DNA of 64,000 nt from Dysgonomonas sp. (GCA_047030855.1 JBKYIJ010000008.1:1464489-1528488), one strand, 5' to 3'; positions 41,155 through 52,524 are shown, counted from the first letter of the stretch. Made by a program: numbers and translations. The notes: a model not told the origin generated them from the sequence alone.

Positions 41155-42498
41155 TTATACCCCTGTATATGTATGGGGCGTTATTTTCTTTAATTCTTTT
41201 TTCAGTTCGTCCGAAACATCCAGATTATCTATAAAGTTACGGATAGACTCTTCGGTAATATCCGTATTTGTACGTGTCAGTGCCTTCAAAGCCTCATACG
41301 GCTGAGGATATCCTTCTCTGCGCAGAATGGTTTGTATTCCCTCTGCCACGACAGCCCAGCAATTGTCCAAATCATCATATAATGCTTTCTCGTTCAGGAT
41401 AAGTTTGCTTATGCCCTTTAAAGTGCTTTGCATCGCTATCATTATGTGTCCCATCGGAACACCGATATTCCGTAGTACGGTAGAATCCGTCAAATCTCTC
41501 TGTAAACGAGAAACGGGCAATTTAGACGCCAGATGTTCCAAAAGCGCGTTTGCAATGCCGAGATTGCCTTCCGCATTTTCAAAATCGATAGGGTTCACTT
41601 TGTGCGGCATTGCCGACGACCCGACTTCGCCTTCTTTTATTTTCTGCTTGAAATATTCCATGGATATATATTGCCACATATCCCTGTTGAAATCAATCAG
41701 TATTGTATTTATTCTTTTCAGTCCGTCGAATACAGCCGCCAGATTGTCATAGTTGGATATTTGCGTCGTCCATTCTTCTCGTACCATGCCGAGCTTGGAT
41801 TCGACGAAAGACGATCCGAACCGCTTCCAGTCGTATTCGGGATATGCTGCTTTATGTGCGTTATAGTTGCCCGTAGCCCCGCCGAATTTTGCCGAGAAAG
41901 GAACGCTTTTCAACAATGCCCTTTGTTTGATCAGGCGATCGACGAATACCATCATTTCTTTTCCCAATCGCGTTGGTGAAGCAGGTTGTCCGTGAGTTTT
42001 GGCAAGCATCGGGACTGTTTCCCATTTTTCAGCCATAGCGTTCAGTTCCGATATCAGCTGTTCCAGCAACGGATAATACACGTTGTCCAGAGAATCTTTG
42101 AACGAAAGCGGAATAGAAGTGTTGTTGATGTCTTGCGAAGTCAGTCCGAAATGGATGAATTCCTTGTATTGTTGCAGGTTCAGTCTGTCAAATTCCTCTT
42201 TGATAAAATATTCCACTGCTTTGACATCGTGATTCGTTATTCTTTCGATCTCCTTAATATGATCGGCTTCCTTTTCCGAAAAATTGGCAATGATATCCTG
42301 CAATTTTACAAAAACAGTTTTGTCTATCGACTCCAATTGAGGCAAAGGCAGTTCGCACAATGCGATAAAGTACTCTATCTCAACTTTTACGCGATACTTG
42401 ATTAGAGCATATTCGGAAAAATAATCAGCTAACTCATATGTTTTGCTACGATATCTTCCATCTATCGGCGAAATCGCAGTAAGCGTACTTAAACTCAT
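41155..42498 (-). CDS. purB: Adenylosuccinate lyase
   Basis: SPIDGRY, TNHDVKAVEY, HFGLTSQD and GSSAMPHKVNPIDFEN motifs. Confidence 0.98.
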   Translation of the reverse strand: MSLSTLTAISPIDGRYRSKTYELADYFSEYALIKYRVKVEIEYFIALCELPLPQLESIDKTVFVKLQDIIANFSEKEADHIKEIERITNHDVKAVEYFIKEEFDRLNLQQYKEFIHFGLTSQDINNTSIPLSFKDSLDNVYYPLLEQLISELNAMAEKWETVPMLAKTHGQPASPTRLGKEMMVFVDRLIKQRALLKSVPFSAKFGGATGNYNAHKAAYPEYDWKRFGSSFVESKLGMVREEWTTQISNYDNLAAVFDGLKRINTILIDFNRDMWQYISMEYFKQKIKEGEVGSSAMPHKVNPIDFENAEGNLGIANALLEHLASKLPVSRLQRDLTDSTVLRNIGVPMGHIMIAMQSTLKGISKLILNEKALYDDLDNCWAVVAEGIQTILRREGYPQPYEALKALTRTNTDITEESIRNFIDNLDVSDELKKELKKITPHTYTGV

Positions 42499-42666
42499 AA
42501 TTACAATAAGTGTATCAAAAGAGTGTTTTGTGTTTTGTTTACAGGTTTTTGATTCTTTACTAAAAGAACTTTTTGACTTCCTTGCTTTTAAGGCGGATAA
42601 CCTTTGAACGGCAAAGTTAAGGATAAAAATGTGAAAAATGAATATTTGAGATTGTTAAATAATGCT

Positions 42667-43275
42667 TTAGCTGTCTAAAAAATCAAATTCGAGTTGTTTT
42701 TCAAGCAGACGGAAACTTTTTCTGTGAAAAGGAGTTATCCCGAGATCGTGAATCGCTTTTCTGTGGGCAATCGTCGGATAGCCTTTGTTCTTATCCCAGC
42801 CGTAATCGGGATATTCCATGTGCAAAGCTTGCATGTAATCGTCCCTGTATGTCTTTGCCAGAACGGACGCCGCAGCAATCGAACAATATTTTCCGTCGCC
42901 TTTTATTATGCAGGTATGAGGGATATCGCCATAGGGCTTAAATCGGTTGCCGTCGATAATGAGATATTGCGGCTTTATTTTCAGTTTTGCGATTGCCCTG
43001 TGCATGGCGAGAAAAGACGCGTTCAGTATGTTTATTTCGTCTATCTCTTCTGCCGATACTATCCCGATAGCCCACGCAACGGCTTTTTCCTCTATTATGG
43101 GACGAATTTCGTAACGAGCTTTCTCCGATAATTTTTTCGAATCGTTCAGTTTCTCGCAATGGAAATCGGAAGGCAATATAACTGCTGCGGCAAACACAGG
43201 CCCTGCAAGGCAGCCTCTTCCTGCTTCGTCGCATCCTGCTTCCGACACGTCTTTATTATATGATAGTTCCAACAT
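42667..43275 (-). CDS. rnhB: Ribonuclease HII
   Basis: [34 protein letters not shown] and HRKSF. Start placed at ATG 43275. Confidence 0.96.
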   Translation of the reverse strand: MLELSYNKDVSEAGCDEAGRGCLAGPVFAAAVILPSDFHCEKLNDSKKLSEKARYEIRPIIEEKAVAWAIGIVSAEEIDEINILNASFLAMHRAIAKLKIKPQYLIIDGNRFKPYGDIPHTCIIKGDGKYCSIAAASVLAKTYRDDYMQALHMEYPDYGWDKNKGYPTIAHRKAIHDLGITPFHRKSFRLLEKQLEFDFLDS

Positions 43276-43300
43276 CCTTTCTGATATAAAGCAGTAATTT

Positions 43301-43798
43301 TCACATCTGTTTTTTCTGCAAAACATCCGAAATTATACTCCAAGCCTTGATCTTTGACTCAAGATTCATCCTTGCATTGGCGCTGCTGGGAGAAGGCAGA
43401 GTATAATATTCCTTATCGGCGTCTTTCATTATATATTTGAAATACAGTCTTTCAGCGACTTTACTGGTGAAAAACACCGATTTAACCTGTGGATATTTCG
43501 CATATAATGCATTGAAATCGTTTATCTGCTCATTTTTTATGGCACTGTCGAGGCTGCCTTCGCGTTCGCAATGAGCCAGCACGTCCCATAAGGCAATATG
43601 ATGTTTGTATAAAAAAGCTTTTTTTAGCTGATACTCTGTCGAGTATTCTTCGTTAAAAAGGCTGAACATGATTTGCCAGAAATGATTGCTTTTATGGGCA
43701 TAATATTCCTGTCTGCGTAACGATTCTTCGCCGGGCATAGTTCCGAGCAGCAGGATTTTTGAGTTTGAATCAACGATGGGAGGAAAAGACGATTTCAT
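43301..43798 (-). CDS. DNA-deoxyinosine (hypoxanthine) glycosylase, UDG superfamily
   Basis: [32 protein letters not shown] and LPSPSSANA motifs. Confidence 0.88.
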   Translation of the reverse strand: MKSSFPPIVDSNSKILLLGTMPGEESLRRQEYYAHKSNHFWQIMFSLFNEEYSTEYQLKKAFLYKHHIALWDVLAHCEREGSLDSAIKNEQINDFNALYAKYPQVKSVFFTSKVAERLYFKYIMKDADKEYYTLPSPSSANARMNLESKIKAWSIISDVLQKKQM

Positions 43799-43804
43799 GA
43801 TTTT

Positions 43805-44029
43805 TTATTCGATTTCTTCGTAATCGACATATTCCCCTTCGTTCTTTTTGAATATTTTTTTATGATGTTTCGATTCCTGCGATCCGTTGTTCTGCTCGTA
43901 ATTCGTCTGCTTATTTTGCCCGTTGGAAGTCGGTTTCCTGAAAAATATTCTCAAGATCGACATTCCCGCTGATAAAATAAGAACGACTACGGATAATATT
44001 ATAAAGAAGAAAAATAATAAAAATGACAT
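43805..44029 (-). CDS. DUF4834-family small membrane protein
   Basis: N-terminal TM helix and C-terminal KKIF...EGEYVDYEEI. Confidence 0.82.
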   Translation of the reverse strand: MSFLLFFFFIILSVVVLILSAGMSILRIFFRKPTSNGQNKQTNYEQNNGSQESKHHKKIFKKNEGEYVDYEEIE

Positions 44030-44068
44030 CTATCGTATTTTGTTTTGTGATAAGTAAACTTATTCAAA

Positions 44069-44779
44069 TTAATTATTCTCTTTAGTCCGAAGATAAGAAA
44101 ATAATGAAAGAACTATATAAAACAGCATTCCTGCCGCCAAGCCCAATATGTTTAGGAATATTACGGCTGTTACTATAAAAACAATTAACAGGTATCTTAG
44201 TTCATTTCCTTTCAATCCGAGACTTTTGATTTTGAGTGAAAACATCGGAATTTCGGCGATCATCAGAAACGAAAAAATAATGATCAAAACTATGACGATG
44301 ACCGAAAGCAAAACTGAGGGTGCGAATCTTTCGTGGATGCCGTATATGAAACTGATCCAGAACAAAGCATTGGCAGGCGTCGGCAACCCGATGAAAGATG
44401 TCGTTTGCCTCTCGTCTATGTTGAATTTAGCCAGCCTCAGAGCTGAAAACACAGCAATCAGAAATGCGACGTAAGGGATGTAAGGAGCTATTGCATTAAC
44501 GGACGAAAACGTCGCCGTGTTTTCAGACAAATACCTGAAAATAACAAGGCTCGGAGCCACACCGAAACTAACCATATCGGCCAAAGAGTCGAGCTCTTTT
44601 CCTATAGCCGAAGGTGCTTTTAACAATCTTGCCATAAACCCGTCGAAGAAGTCAAAAACAGCAGCTATGATTACCCACACTACTACCCAGAAATATTCAC
44701 CGCTGAATGCCATAACCGAAGCTATGCATCCCGAAAACAGGTTTAAAGAAGTGAACAGATTGGGAATATGTTTTTTCAT
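44069..44779 (-). CDS. pssA: CDP-diacylglycerol--serine O-phosphatidyltransferase
   Basis: DFFDGFMAR...[20 protein letters not shown] and FIGLPTP; overlaps psd. Confidence 0.93.
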   Translation of the reverse strand: MKKHIPNLFTSLNLFSGCIASVMAFSGEYFWVVVWVIIAAVFDFFDGFMARLLKAPSAIGKELDSLADMVSFGVAPSLVIFRYLSENTATFSSVNAIAPYIPYVAFLIAVFSALRLAKFNIDERQTTSFIGLPTPANALFWISFIYGIHERFAPSVLLSVIVIVLIIIFSFLMIAEIPMFSLKIKSLGLKGNELRYLLIVFIVTAVIFLNILGLAAGMLFYIVLSLFSYLRTKENN

Positions 44780-45447
44780 TGTTTATTCGATAGAAGTTCT
44801 GCAATAACGGTTTGATTTCCTGTTACTTTCTGATCCATTTCCACATTCACCTGAGTACCGACCGGTAAATATACATCTACGCGTGATCCGAGTTTTATAA
44901 ATCCGAAATGTTCGTCGATATTTGCCGTATCTCCTACTTCGGGATAAGTCACTATTCGGCGCGCCATCGCACCTGCAATCTGGCGGACAAGTATTTCCAC
45001 GCCGTCCGCACGTTCGATCACTACTGTCGAGCGTTCGTTTTCCGTGCTGGATTTCGGCAAATAAGCCGCCATAAATCTGCCTTTATGATGCCGTTTTAAC
45101 TTGACTTTTCCGTTTACGGGAAACCAGTTTGCATGTACGTTAAGCACCGACATGAAAATGGATACCTGCAATCGCTTATCTTTGAAATACTCCGGTTCGA
45201 AAACTTCCTCTATTGCCACGATTTTTCCGTCGGCGGGTGCTACTACGGAGTTTTCCATGTCGCCTGTAAATCTGCGGTGCGGGCTTCTGAAAAAGTTAAG
45301 CAATGCCAGATACAAAAATATCGAGCAAGCCAATATCAGGTATGTCAGAAAACATTTATGAAAAAAGTAAAACAGACATACGTTCAGTACCAGCAAAGTA
45401 ATAAAAGAGATTGCTAAAATTTCACGACCTTCGTGATGTACTTTCAT
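44776..45447 (-). CDS. psd: Phosphatidylserine decarboxylase proenzyme
   Basis: [25 protein letters not shown] and the cleavage motif IKLGSRVD. Confidence 0.94.
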   Translation of the reverse strand: MKVHHEGREILAISFITLLVLNVCLFYFFHKCFLTYLILACSIFLYLALLNFFRSPHRRFTGDMENSVVAPADGKIVAIEEVFEPEYFKDKRLQVSIFMSVLNVHANWFPVNGKVKLKRHHKGRFMAAYLPKSSTENERSTVVIERADGVEILVRQIAGAMARRIVTYPEVGDTANIDEHFGFIKLGSRVDVYLPVGTQVNVEMDQKVTGNQTVIAELLSNKQ

Positions 45448-45516
45448 ATTATTATTTGGTATGTTCGGATTTTAATAACAAAATACAAAAATATTTTTAT
45501 TTGCCGAATATTCAAA

Positions 45517-45548
45517 AATAAAAAGAGGTTATAAAACCTCTTTTTATT
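45517..45548 (-). terminator. Intrinsic terminator after prs
   Basis: AATAAAAAGAGGTT-ataa-AACCTCTTTTTATT, perfect stem. Confidence 0.8.
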
Positions 45549-45572
45549 AATACTTATGAATCATTATATTAT

Positions 45573-46508
45573 TTACAATACGTAAAGTGAACTTATCGAC
45601 TCGTTTGAGCAGACTCTTTTTATCGCATCTGCGAAAACCGAAGCGACCGACAGTATTGTTACTTTCGGACATTGTTTGTGGTACGGAATGCTGTCGGTGA
45701 AAATAATTTCCGTTATTTTAGACTCTTCAATGCGTTCCGTTGCAGGATCGGACATAACCGCATGGCTTGCGATGGCTCTTACCGAGCGTGCCCCTGCGTT
45801 CATCATCAGATCGGCTGCTTTTGTTATTGTCCCTGCAGTGTCGACTATGTCGTCTACCAGCAAAACATCCATACCTTCGACGTCTCCGATGATTTGCATC
45901 TCCGAAACTTCATTGGCTTTTTTCCTTAATTTGTAGCAAATAACCATCGGAACGCCAAAATATTTGGCATAAGAACTCGCCCTTTTTGTTCCGCCGACGT
46001 CGGGAGTTGCGATAACAAGATTGTCTCTGTCAAGGTTTTTAATGTAATCTGTGAAGATTGCCGAAGCATACAGGTGATCCACGGGAACATTGAAAAATCC
46101 CTGAATCTGATCCGCATGCAGATCCATCGTTATCAATCTGTTGATTCCTGCCGCGCTCAGCATGTCCGCAATCAGTTTTGCGGCGATAGATACCCGCGGT
46201 TTGTCTTTTCTGTCCTGCCTTGCCCATCCGAAGTAAGGGATTACTGCCACGATCGAACGCGCGGATGCTCTTTTCGCGGCGTCAATCATCAGCAATAGCT
46301 CGAGCAGATTGTCCGAACTCGGAAATGTCGATTGGATTAAAAAAACCTGACAGCCTCTGATAGATTCTTCGTACGAAACTGAAAATTCTCCATCGGCAAA
46401 GTGCTCAATGTTCATATTTCCAAGCTGGCATCCCATTTTCTCACAGATTTTTTCTGCCAGATAACGGGATTTTGTTCCTGAAAATATTTTAAACGGGGCG
46501 TCTTCCAT
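45573..46508 (-). CDS. prs: Ribose-phosphate pyrophosphokinase
   Basis: FADGE, PYFGWARQDRK, DLHADQIQGFF and VDDIVDTAGT motifs. Confidence 0.97.
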   Translation of the reverse strand: MEDAPFKIFSGTKSRYLAEKICEKMGCQLGNMNIEHFADGEFSVSYEESIRGCQVFLIQSTFPSSDNLLELLLMIDAAKRASARSIVAVIPYFGWARQDRKDKPRVSIAAKLIADMLSAAGINRLITMDLHADQIQGFFNVPVDHLYASAIFTDYIKNLDRDNLVIATPDVGGTKRASSYAKYFGVPMVICYKLRKKANEVSEMQIIGDVEGMDVLLVDDIVDTAGTITKAADLMMNAGARSVRAIASHAVMSDPATERIEESKITEIIFTDSIPYHKQCPKVTILSVASVFADAIKRVCSNESISSLYVL

Positions 46509-46587
46509 TTTTCTTTAAAATTTCTTGTATGAAGATTTAGTTACTTTTCTAATACAAAAGTATAAACAATTGTTCAATTAGTGTTAT

Positions 46588-48276
46588 TTATTTAGTGCTG
46601 AATTTTATTATTTTACCCGAATATGCATTTATGTTCACGTCAAAAGATGCACCAAGCCCGCTTTTCAGTCTGCTTGTTTTTCCGCAAAGAAGTTCTTTGC
46701 ATGATTTGAATATACTTCCGTCTAACTTCATATATTCGTAAGCATGTTCGGGAATGTTGACGGAAGCCTGTATGTCCTTGTCCCCGAAGTTTGCTATTAT
46801 GAGCAAAACTTCCTTTTTGTAAGATCGAAAGAACACATACAGTTTTTTCGGATCAAAATTCAGATTATCATAATTCACATACATCAGGTCAAAGAAATCA
46901 CCTTTGTTGATAGCGTCTTCCTTGCCCGCGGTTGTGAGTAGTTTGGTGTAAAAACCCCGCAGTTCTTTCTCTTTGTCCGACAGTTGTTCATCGCCGAAGT
47001 TTCCGTTGTTATACCATCTGCGTAGTGTGTCGACCGACCAGTAATCAAATATGCTCGTCCGTCCGTCCGTTCCGCTGAACCCTTCCTTGTCCATTCCTTT
47101 TTCGCCTAACTCCTGACCCGAATATATCATCACGGGATTACGCCCCATCGTGGCTGAAACGATCATTGCTGGGATTGCTTTGAAAGGATCTTTAATGAAA
47201 AAATCGGAAGCGATGCGTTGTTCATCGTGGTTTTCCAGAAAATTCAACATTCTTGGCTGCAATTCTTCAAGCATTTGCCAACATTGGCTTATGTCCGAAG
47301 AAGGTCTTTCTCCCCGTATTATTCCTTTCAGAGCGTCGTACAAACCTACTTTGTCGTACAGGTAGTCGAACTTTCCTGTGTAGGTATAGTTGTGGTATTC
47401 GTTCGGATTGTATACTTCCGCGATAAAGATTGTGGAGCTGTGTTTCATTTTCACCCTTGCTATTACCCAATTCCAAAACTCTACGGGAACCATTTCCGCC
47501 ATGTCGCAACGGAATCCGTCTACCCCTTTATCCGCCCAAAACGAGAGGATGTCTTTCATTTTGTACCATGTATCGGGTATGGGAGTAAAACATTTCTGAT
47601 TATTGTTTGAGTAATCGACTCCGTAGTTCAGTTTCACCGTTTCGTACCAGTCGTTAATCGTCGGCTTGTTGTCGAACCTGTCGTTTCCTGTGGCTTTTGC
47701 GGGAAATTCCGTATAAGATTCCTGTCCTTCTGTCGCAAGCTGGAGTTCGAGAGGTTGACCGGGTATATAATAGAAATTGTTGTCGGGATTAAAAAATACC
47801 GTATTGTCATCGTTTTCTCCGAATTCTTTCGCTTTTCGCGGCTTCGAATCCGAGAAATATTGCCGTGCAACATGATTGGGAACAAAGTCGATTATGACTT
47901 TCAGTCCTGCTTTATGCGTCCTTTCTATTAATTCTTCGAATTCGTCCATTCTGTTTTCGACGTTGTCCGCAAGATCGGGATCGACATCGTAATAGTCGCG
48001 GATGGCATAAGGCGATCCTGCATTACCTTTCACCACAACAGGATTGTCTTTCCTTATTCCGTAGGCGGAATAATCGGTTTTGGAAGCATGCTCGATTACG
48101 CCCATATACCAGATATGCGTGAATCCCATTTTTTTTATTTCGGACAGAGCCTTGCGTGAAAATGAAGAAAACTTACCGACGCCGTTTTCTTCAATCGTTC
48201 CGTTTTCTTTGTTTGTGTTTTTTGTATTCCCGAATAATCGGGGAAATACCTGATATATGAATATTTTTGATTCCAT
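46588..48276 (-). CDS. GH13 alpha-amylase-family glycosidase
   Basis: GSPYAIRDYY, DFVPNH, GVDGFRCDMAE, IAEVY and FLENHDEQR catalytic regions. Confidence 0.93.
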   Translation of the reverse strand: MESKIFIYQVFPRLFGNTKNTNKENGTIEENGVGKFSSFSRKALSEIKKMGFTHIWYMGVIEHASKTDYSAYGIRKDNPVVVKGNAGSPYAIRDYYDVDPDLADNVENRMDEFEELIERTHKAGLKVIIDFVPNHVARQYFSDSKPRKAKEFGENDDNTVFFNPDNNFYYIPGQPLELQLATEGQESYTEFPAKATGNDRFDNKPTINDWYETVKLNYGVDYSNNNQKCFTPIPDTWYKMKDILSFWADKGVDGFRCDMAEMVPVEFWNWVIARVKMKHSSTIFIAEVYNPNEYHNYTYTGKFDYLYDKVGLYDALKGIIRGERPSSDISQCWQMLEELQPRMLNFLENHDEQRIASDFFIKDPFKAIPAMIVSATMGRNPVMIYSGQELGEKGMDKEGFSGTDGRTSIFDYWSVDTLRRWYNNGNFGDEQLSDKEKELRGFYTKLLTTAGKEDAINKGDFFDLMYVNYDNLNFDPKKLYVFFRSYKKEVLLIIANFGDKDIQASVNIPEHAYEYMKLDGSIFKSCKELLCGKTSRLKSGLGASFDVNINAYSGKIIKFSTK

Positions 48277-48333
48277 TTTTTCCCTGTTTTAGTGACACTG
48301 ATCTGATTTGTATTTGATCGGAATCTGTTTTGT

Positions 48334-49113
48334 TTATTTTTCGAGTGTTTCCATTTTTTTTACCAAGATTTTTTTTGCCGTTTTGTAACCGATGTCATAA
48401 ATCTCCTGTACGTGATCGAGGCTGAACATCGAAAATTTCGAGACTTTGGTCGATTCGATTAAAATATCGCATAATTCTCTGTCCAACAGAGTGTTTGATA
48501 TGGACATATAGTGAAACGATCTTTCGATAATATATAACAAAGAGTTTTTATATTTTTGAACCGTCAGCGGAGAAACGTTTACTCCTATTACTTTTTCACA
48601 TTCTCCGCGGATTACCGATACGGGAAAATTTTTGAACAAACCTCCGTCGGAATAATGCACTCCGTTTATCTCCATAGGAGAGAAAACGATAGGGTAGGAA
48701 CATGATGCTATAACGGCAGGAATAAGTTCGCCTGAGGAAAAGGTTGTCGAAACGCCGTTTTCTATGTCTGTGGCGACTATTCTGAAAGGAATTTTCAGTT
48801 CGTTGAAATTTCGGGCTTTAAGGTGTTTCTTTAAGAAATGGTTAAGTTTGTCGATTTTAAATATTCCCGCATGTGGAATTGAGAATGCCGCGAAATCGCG
48901 AAAATCTTTATTCGAAAAAAAAGAAGCAATGTCTTTTGGAGAATGTCCGTCGGCATATAAAACACCCGCTAATGCTCCCGCACTTGTCCCCGACATAACG
49001 TCGGGCTTTAATCCCGCTTCTTCCAGTGCCTGAAGAACGCCTAAGTGTGCAAATCCTTTTGCACCGCCTCCGCTAAGAGCTACGCCTAAGGGGTATTTAC
49101 GTGCCGTTTTCAT
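48334..49113 (-). CDS. Patatin-like phospholipase
   Basis: LSGGGAKG, GTSAG and DGG motifs. Confidence 0.93.
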   Translation of the reverse strand: MKTARKYPLGVALSGGGAKGFAHLGVLQALEEAGLKPDVMSGTSAGALAGVLYADGHSPKDIASFFSNKDFRDFAAFSIPHAGIFKIDKLNHFLKKHLKARNFNELKIPFRIVATDIENGVSTTFSSGELIPAVIASCSYPIVFSPMEINGVHYSDGGLFKNFPVSVIRGECEKVIGVNVSPLTVQKYKNSLLYIIERSFHYMSISNTLLDRELCDILIESTKVSKFSMFSLDHVQEIYDIGYKTAKKILVKKMETLEK

Positions 49114-49121
49114 ATTTCGTA

Positions 49122-49694
49122 TTAATTGTTTAAGGCATTCTGCAAACTGTTTGTCAAGTCATTGATAAAATATAGTGTGTTTTTTCGAATGTTTATTCTT
49201 GTTTCCTGATTTTCATCCGCAATTGATATTGCCCTGTCGGTTATGATATTTTCAGCGCTTGTTTTTTGATCCAACGAGTTCCTGTTTGCTTTTTTATCAT
49301 TGATGTAGCTGATGTCTGTGATTTCCAGAATACACATATTATCGCTGAAGAATGAATCGATACGGTATTTCATTATTACGGACTCCCTGATGCCTTTTGA
49401 GTTTTCGGGCAATATCAGTTCTACGCGTGACTTTGCCGTAATTTTCTTTTTCAGGTTTTCGCTGTTTATGCTTGAATTTGCGGGATCTTTCCCGAAATTG
49501 GCGATTCCCCATTTTTTCAAAGCGTCGTAATTCTTGTCAATACTTGGGTTTGTTAGTTTTATTTCTTTCAGGAATACGACTTTGCCGTCGAATGTTTGTA
49601 CCTGCGTAAACGTTTCGTCCGATTTCACAATCTGTGAACTGACGGATATTGTAATAAACAGAAAAAGTAATGTCGCGATAATATTTTGTTTCAT
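49122..49694 (-). CDS. Exported DUF4468-like protein
   Basis: Signal peptide, DGKVVFLKEI and AENIITD; clearly paralogous to the upstream gene. Confidence 0.7.
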   Translation of the reverse strand: MKQNIIATLLFLFITISVSSQIVKSDETFTQVQTFDGKVVFLKEIKLTNPSIDKNYDALKKWGIANFGKDPANSSINSENLKKKITAKSRVELILPENSKGIRESVIMKYRIDSFFSDNMCILEITDISYINDKKANRNSLDQKTSAENIITDRAISIADENQETRINIRKNTLYFINDLTNSLQNALNN

Positions 49695-49720
49695 ATTCTG
49701 AACTGATTTTTTTACTGAAT

Positions 49721-50350
49721 TTACTCGTCTGAATCAACGCCTGACGATGCTTTTGAAACGGCTCCTTTAGTCTGTTTGCCATTCAGATAAACATCTATTG
49801 ATTCGAAAATGTCATCTATTCTGTCCACTGCGTTTATTCTGAATTTCCTGTAATACCTGACTATTTTTTTCCCGTTGTCATACAACGTATTCTTGTCCGA
49901 TATCATTTCCTCCGCAGGCACGTTTACGATGCCGTCGTTTGAGTAATCATAATCGAACGAAATATTCTTTATCGTGGTTTTACATTCATTGTCGCTTATT
50001 ACCAGAATTAATTGGTAGTGCATTATGGTTGCGTCATAGCTGATGATGGTTTTGCTGAAAAGCAGTTCGTCGGCACCTTGGCATGCTATATGCCTTTTCT
50101 CGGGATCGGTTAGAAGAACACGGTTTTTTAACTTATCATCCTTTCTGTCATATTTCTCTTTAGCCCATTTTTCCATTAAGCCGTAAAGTTCTTTCCCCGA
50201 TATCTTATTTTGGGTTTTTATGGCTTTTTCGAAAACCACTTTTCCGTCGACCAGAGGGACAGCGCCTTCAAGATATTTCGGATCAATATCCTGCCCGTAT
50301 AAAACAGTGGTAGTAAATGCAACCAGTAATAATAAAACGTACTTTTTCAT
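49721..50350 (-). CDS. Exported DUF4468-family protein
   Basis: KYLEGAVPLVDGKVVF, AEEMISD and KFRINAVD motifs. Confidence 0.8.
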   Translation of the reverse strand: MKKYVLLLLVAFTTTVLYGQDIDPKYLEGAVPLVDGKVVFEKAIKTQNKISGKELYGLMEKWAKEKYDRKDDKLKNRVLLTDPEKRHIACQGADELLFSKTIISYDATIMHYQLILVISDNECKTTIKNISFDYDYSNDGIVNVPAEEMISDKNTLYDNGKKIVRYYRKFRINAVDRIDDIFESIDVYLNGKQTKGAVSKASSGVDSDE

Positions 50351-50364
50351 AATTGTAATTGTTT

Positions 50365-51531
50365 CTATTTTACAATATAATCATAATTTTCTTTTGCTTC
50401 CAAATGATTCTTTAAAGTGTTCGAATACATGACAAGCATTTTCTCCTGTAAAAAGTCACAATCTTTGTTCGGAATATCGATCTTTTCAATTTGCTTGTTT
50501 AAGTATTCTTTGAAATCGGCTATATCATCGTCCGTGTATTCTTTTCTGAATCTTTGCGTTTTGTTCAGCAGGTCATAAGCCACGTAATTGCAGGGATAAA
50601 ATCTGTAATTAAGATGTATTTGCCTGTCGATGCAATTTGCGGCAGCTTCGATCTGCAGTTTTTTGTCGGTATCTTTAAGCTTGTCTAAATCTTCATTTAT
50701 TTGCTTTCCGAACTGGAAATGTATATGCCCTTTATAATTGAGCAGTCCCGTTTCCATATTTATCAGATCGTCCCTTTGCGATTTTTTATATTCGGGATCA
50801 TCTCTTTTCATCTGAAATTCCTGAGCTTTCAGGTAATCACAGGGATCGTATTCGTACGATATGGACAGCGGTATTATGTTTAGTTCTTTCAGGCTGTCTA
50901 TAAAAGATACTCCTTCGGGGGCGAGGGTAAGCATTTTCAACAGGCTCAATTGCGTTCTGTCGTTTGAGTCCTTCGCGCGTCCCTCCCGTTGAGCAAGCCA
51001 TACCGATTGTTTTTTTTTCGTTATGGCATAGTGTATGTATTCTGATAAGTGTTTCGACACTTCGAGCATTTGCCTGACGGACACGCCTCTTTTTACGATA
51101 AAGCTTTTATTCAGACGCACCAGTTTTTCTATCCAAGGATATACGAGAAGATTATCGCCTATCGCAATTTCCGTGGTATCATAACCATGTTCGTCCAGAG
51201 TTATATTCAATAACCCCGCATCTAAAATAATATCCCTGTGGTTCGACAGATACAGATATTTATCTTGTTTGTTGATATTGTCCCATCCGCTGCTATTCAC
51301 AGATTTGGAAGTTCTTCTTACCACTGCGCCGATAAACGGGGAGATTATTTTTGTTTGAAAGTCAAATTTTGTCTTGAGCTTGGATATCTGATTTGCGAAT
51401 TCTTCCCATTCCAAGCCGGGAAATACATATTTTACTGCGTGGAAAAATCCCGGATCTTCGATTAATTCCTTGATTGTTTTTTCGACCTCATGGTCGTATA
51501 AAGGGGCTATATCGTCGTATTTAGGATTCAT
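50365..51531 (-). CDS. Phospholipid/glycerol acyltransferase (PlsC superfamily)
   Basis: SNHRDIILD (HxxxxD), GDNL, AQREGRAKD and SYEYDPCD motifs. Confidence 0.9.
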   Translation of the reverse strand: MNPKYDDIAPLYDHEVEKTIKELIEDPGFFHAVKYVFPGLEWEEFANQISKLKTKFDFQTKIISPFIGAVVRRTSKSVNSSGWDNINKQDKYLYLSNHRDIILDAGLLNITLDEHGYDTTEIAIGDNLLVYPWIEKLVRLNKSFIVKRGVSVRQMLEVSKHLSEYIHYAITKKKQSVWLAQREGRAKDSNDRTQLSLLKMLTLAPEGVSFIDSLKELNIIPLSISYEYDPCDYLKAQEFQMKRDDPEYKKSQRDDLINMETGLLNYKGHIHFQFGKQINEDLDKLKDTDKKLQIEAAANCIDRQIHLNYRFYPCNYVAYDLLNKTQRFRKEYTDDDIADFKEYLNKQIEKIDIPNKDCDFLQEKMLVMYSNTLKNHLEAKENYDYIVK

Positions 51532-51533
51532 AT

Positions 51534-52523
51534 TTATCTTTTGTTTTTACTGTATTCGTATTCAATAATATCACTAAAAACCTGAGCTATATTCAGTCCT
51601 GCAGCTCTTATCTGTTGAGGAATAAAACTTGTATGGGTCATTCCGGGGACAGTGTTGACCTCAAGCAAAAACGGAATATTATCATGGATAATATAATCGG
51701 CTCTGATAATTCCCTTTGCTTCGATCAACTCATATATTTTTAACGTTTGATTCCGGATAAAGTTTGCCAGACCGTTGTCGATTCTGGCAGGCGTTATTTC
51801 CTCAACCTGTCCGTTATATTTTGCGTCATAATCAAAAAACTCGTTTTTTGTCACCACCTCGGTCAAAGGCAAAACCGTAAGTTTATCTTTCGTTTTGAAG
51901 CAGCCGCAAGTAACTTCCGTGCCTGAAACGAAGCTTTCGATTATCACTTCGTCCGTTTCGGCGAAAGCGTTTTCTATCGCTTCTGTTAATTTATCCTCCG
52001 ATTTTACTTTGGTTGTGGCAAAACTGGATCCGCCCGAATTGGGCTTTACGAAAACAGGGAGTCCCAACTGTTCCGTTATTTTCTTTGTGCCGATGTTTTC
52101 TTTTGATTTTAAGACGACGGACTCCGCAATCTTTATGCCGAAGTTTTGAAGGTATTTATTGCAGATATATTTGTTCATTGTCAGGGCAGAAGCCGTTGTT
52201 CCGCACGATGAATAAGGAATCCTCATCATATCCAGATAACCTTGCAAACGTCCGTCCTCACCCGGTGAGCCGTGGATCACTATAAAAGCGAAATCGAAAT
52301 TAATTTTCCCCGATTTCGATGTAAAACTAAAGTCGTTTTTGTCTATCGGGTAAATTGCCCCGTCAACATCCGCAGTCCATTCGTTACGGTCTATTTTTAC
52401 CTTATAAACGTCGTACAATTCCTTGTCAAGGATTGTATAGACGTTTTCCATACTGTTTTTGGAAACGACTATTTCAGAAGTATATCCGCCCCATACGAGG
52501 GCTATATTTTTTTTTGCTGTCAT
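51534..52523 (-). CDS. ddl: D-alanine--D-alanine ligase
   Basis: HGSPGEDG, VKPNSGGSS, FDYDAKY and EVNTVPGMT motifs. Confidence 0.96.
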   Translation of the reverse strand: MTAKKNIALVWGGYTSEIVVSKNSMENVYTILDKELYDVYKVKIDRNEWTADVDGAIYPIDKNDFSFTSKSGKINFDFAFIVIHGSPGEDGRLQGYLDMMRIPYSSCGTTASALTMNKYICNKYLQNFGIKIAESVVLKSKENIGTKKITEQLGLPVFVKPNSGGSSFATTKVKSEDKLTEAIENAFAETDEVIIESFVSGTEVTCGCFKTKDKLTVLPLTEVVTKNEFFDYDAKYNGQVEEITPARIDNGLANFIRNQTLKIYELIEAKGIIRADYIIHDNIPFLLEVNTVPGMTHTSFIPQQIRAAGLNIAQVFSDIIEYEYSKNKR

Positions 52524-52524
52524 A

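Noticed and set aside
45573..46508. prs as part of the PRPP-using UbiA cassette
   Set aside because: It is 7 kb away, separately terminated and an ordinary housekeeping gene; proximity is probably coincidental.
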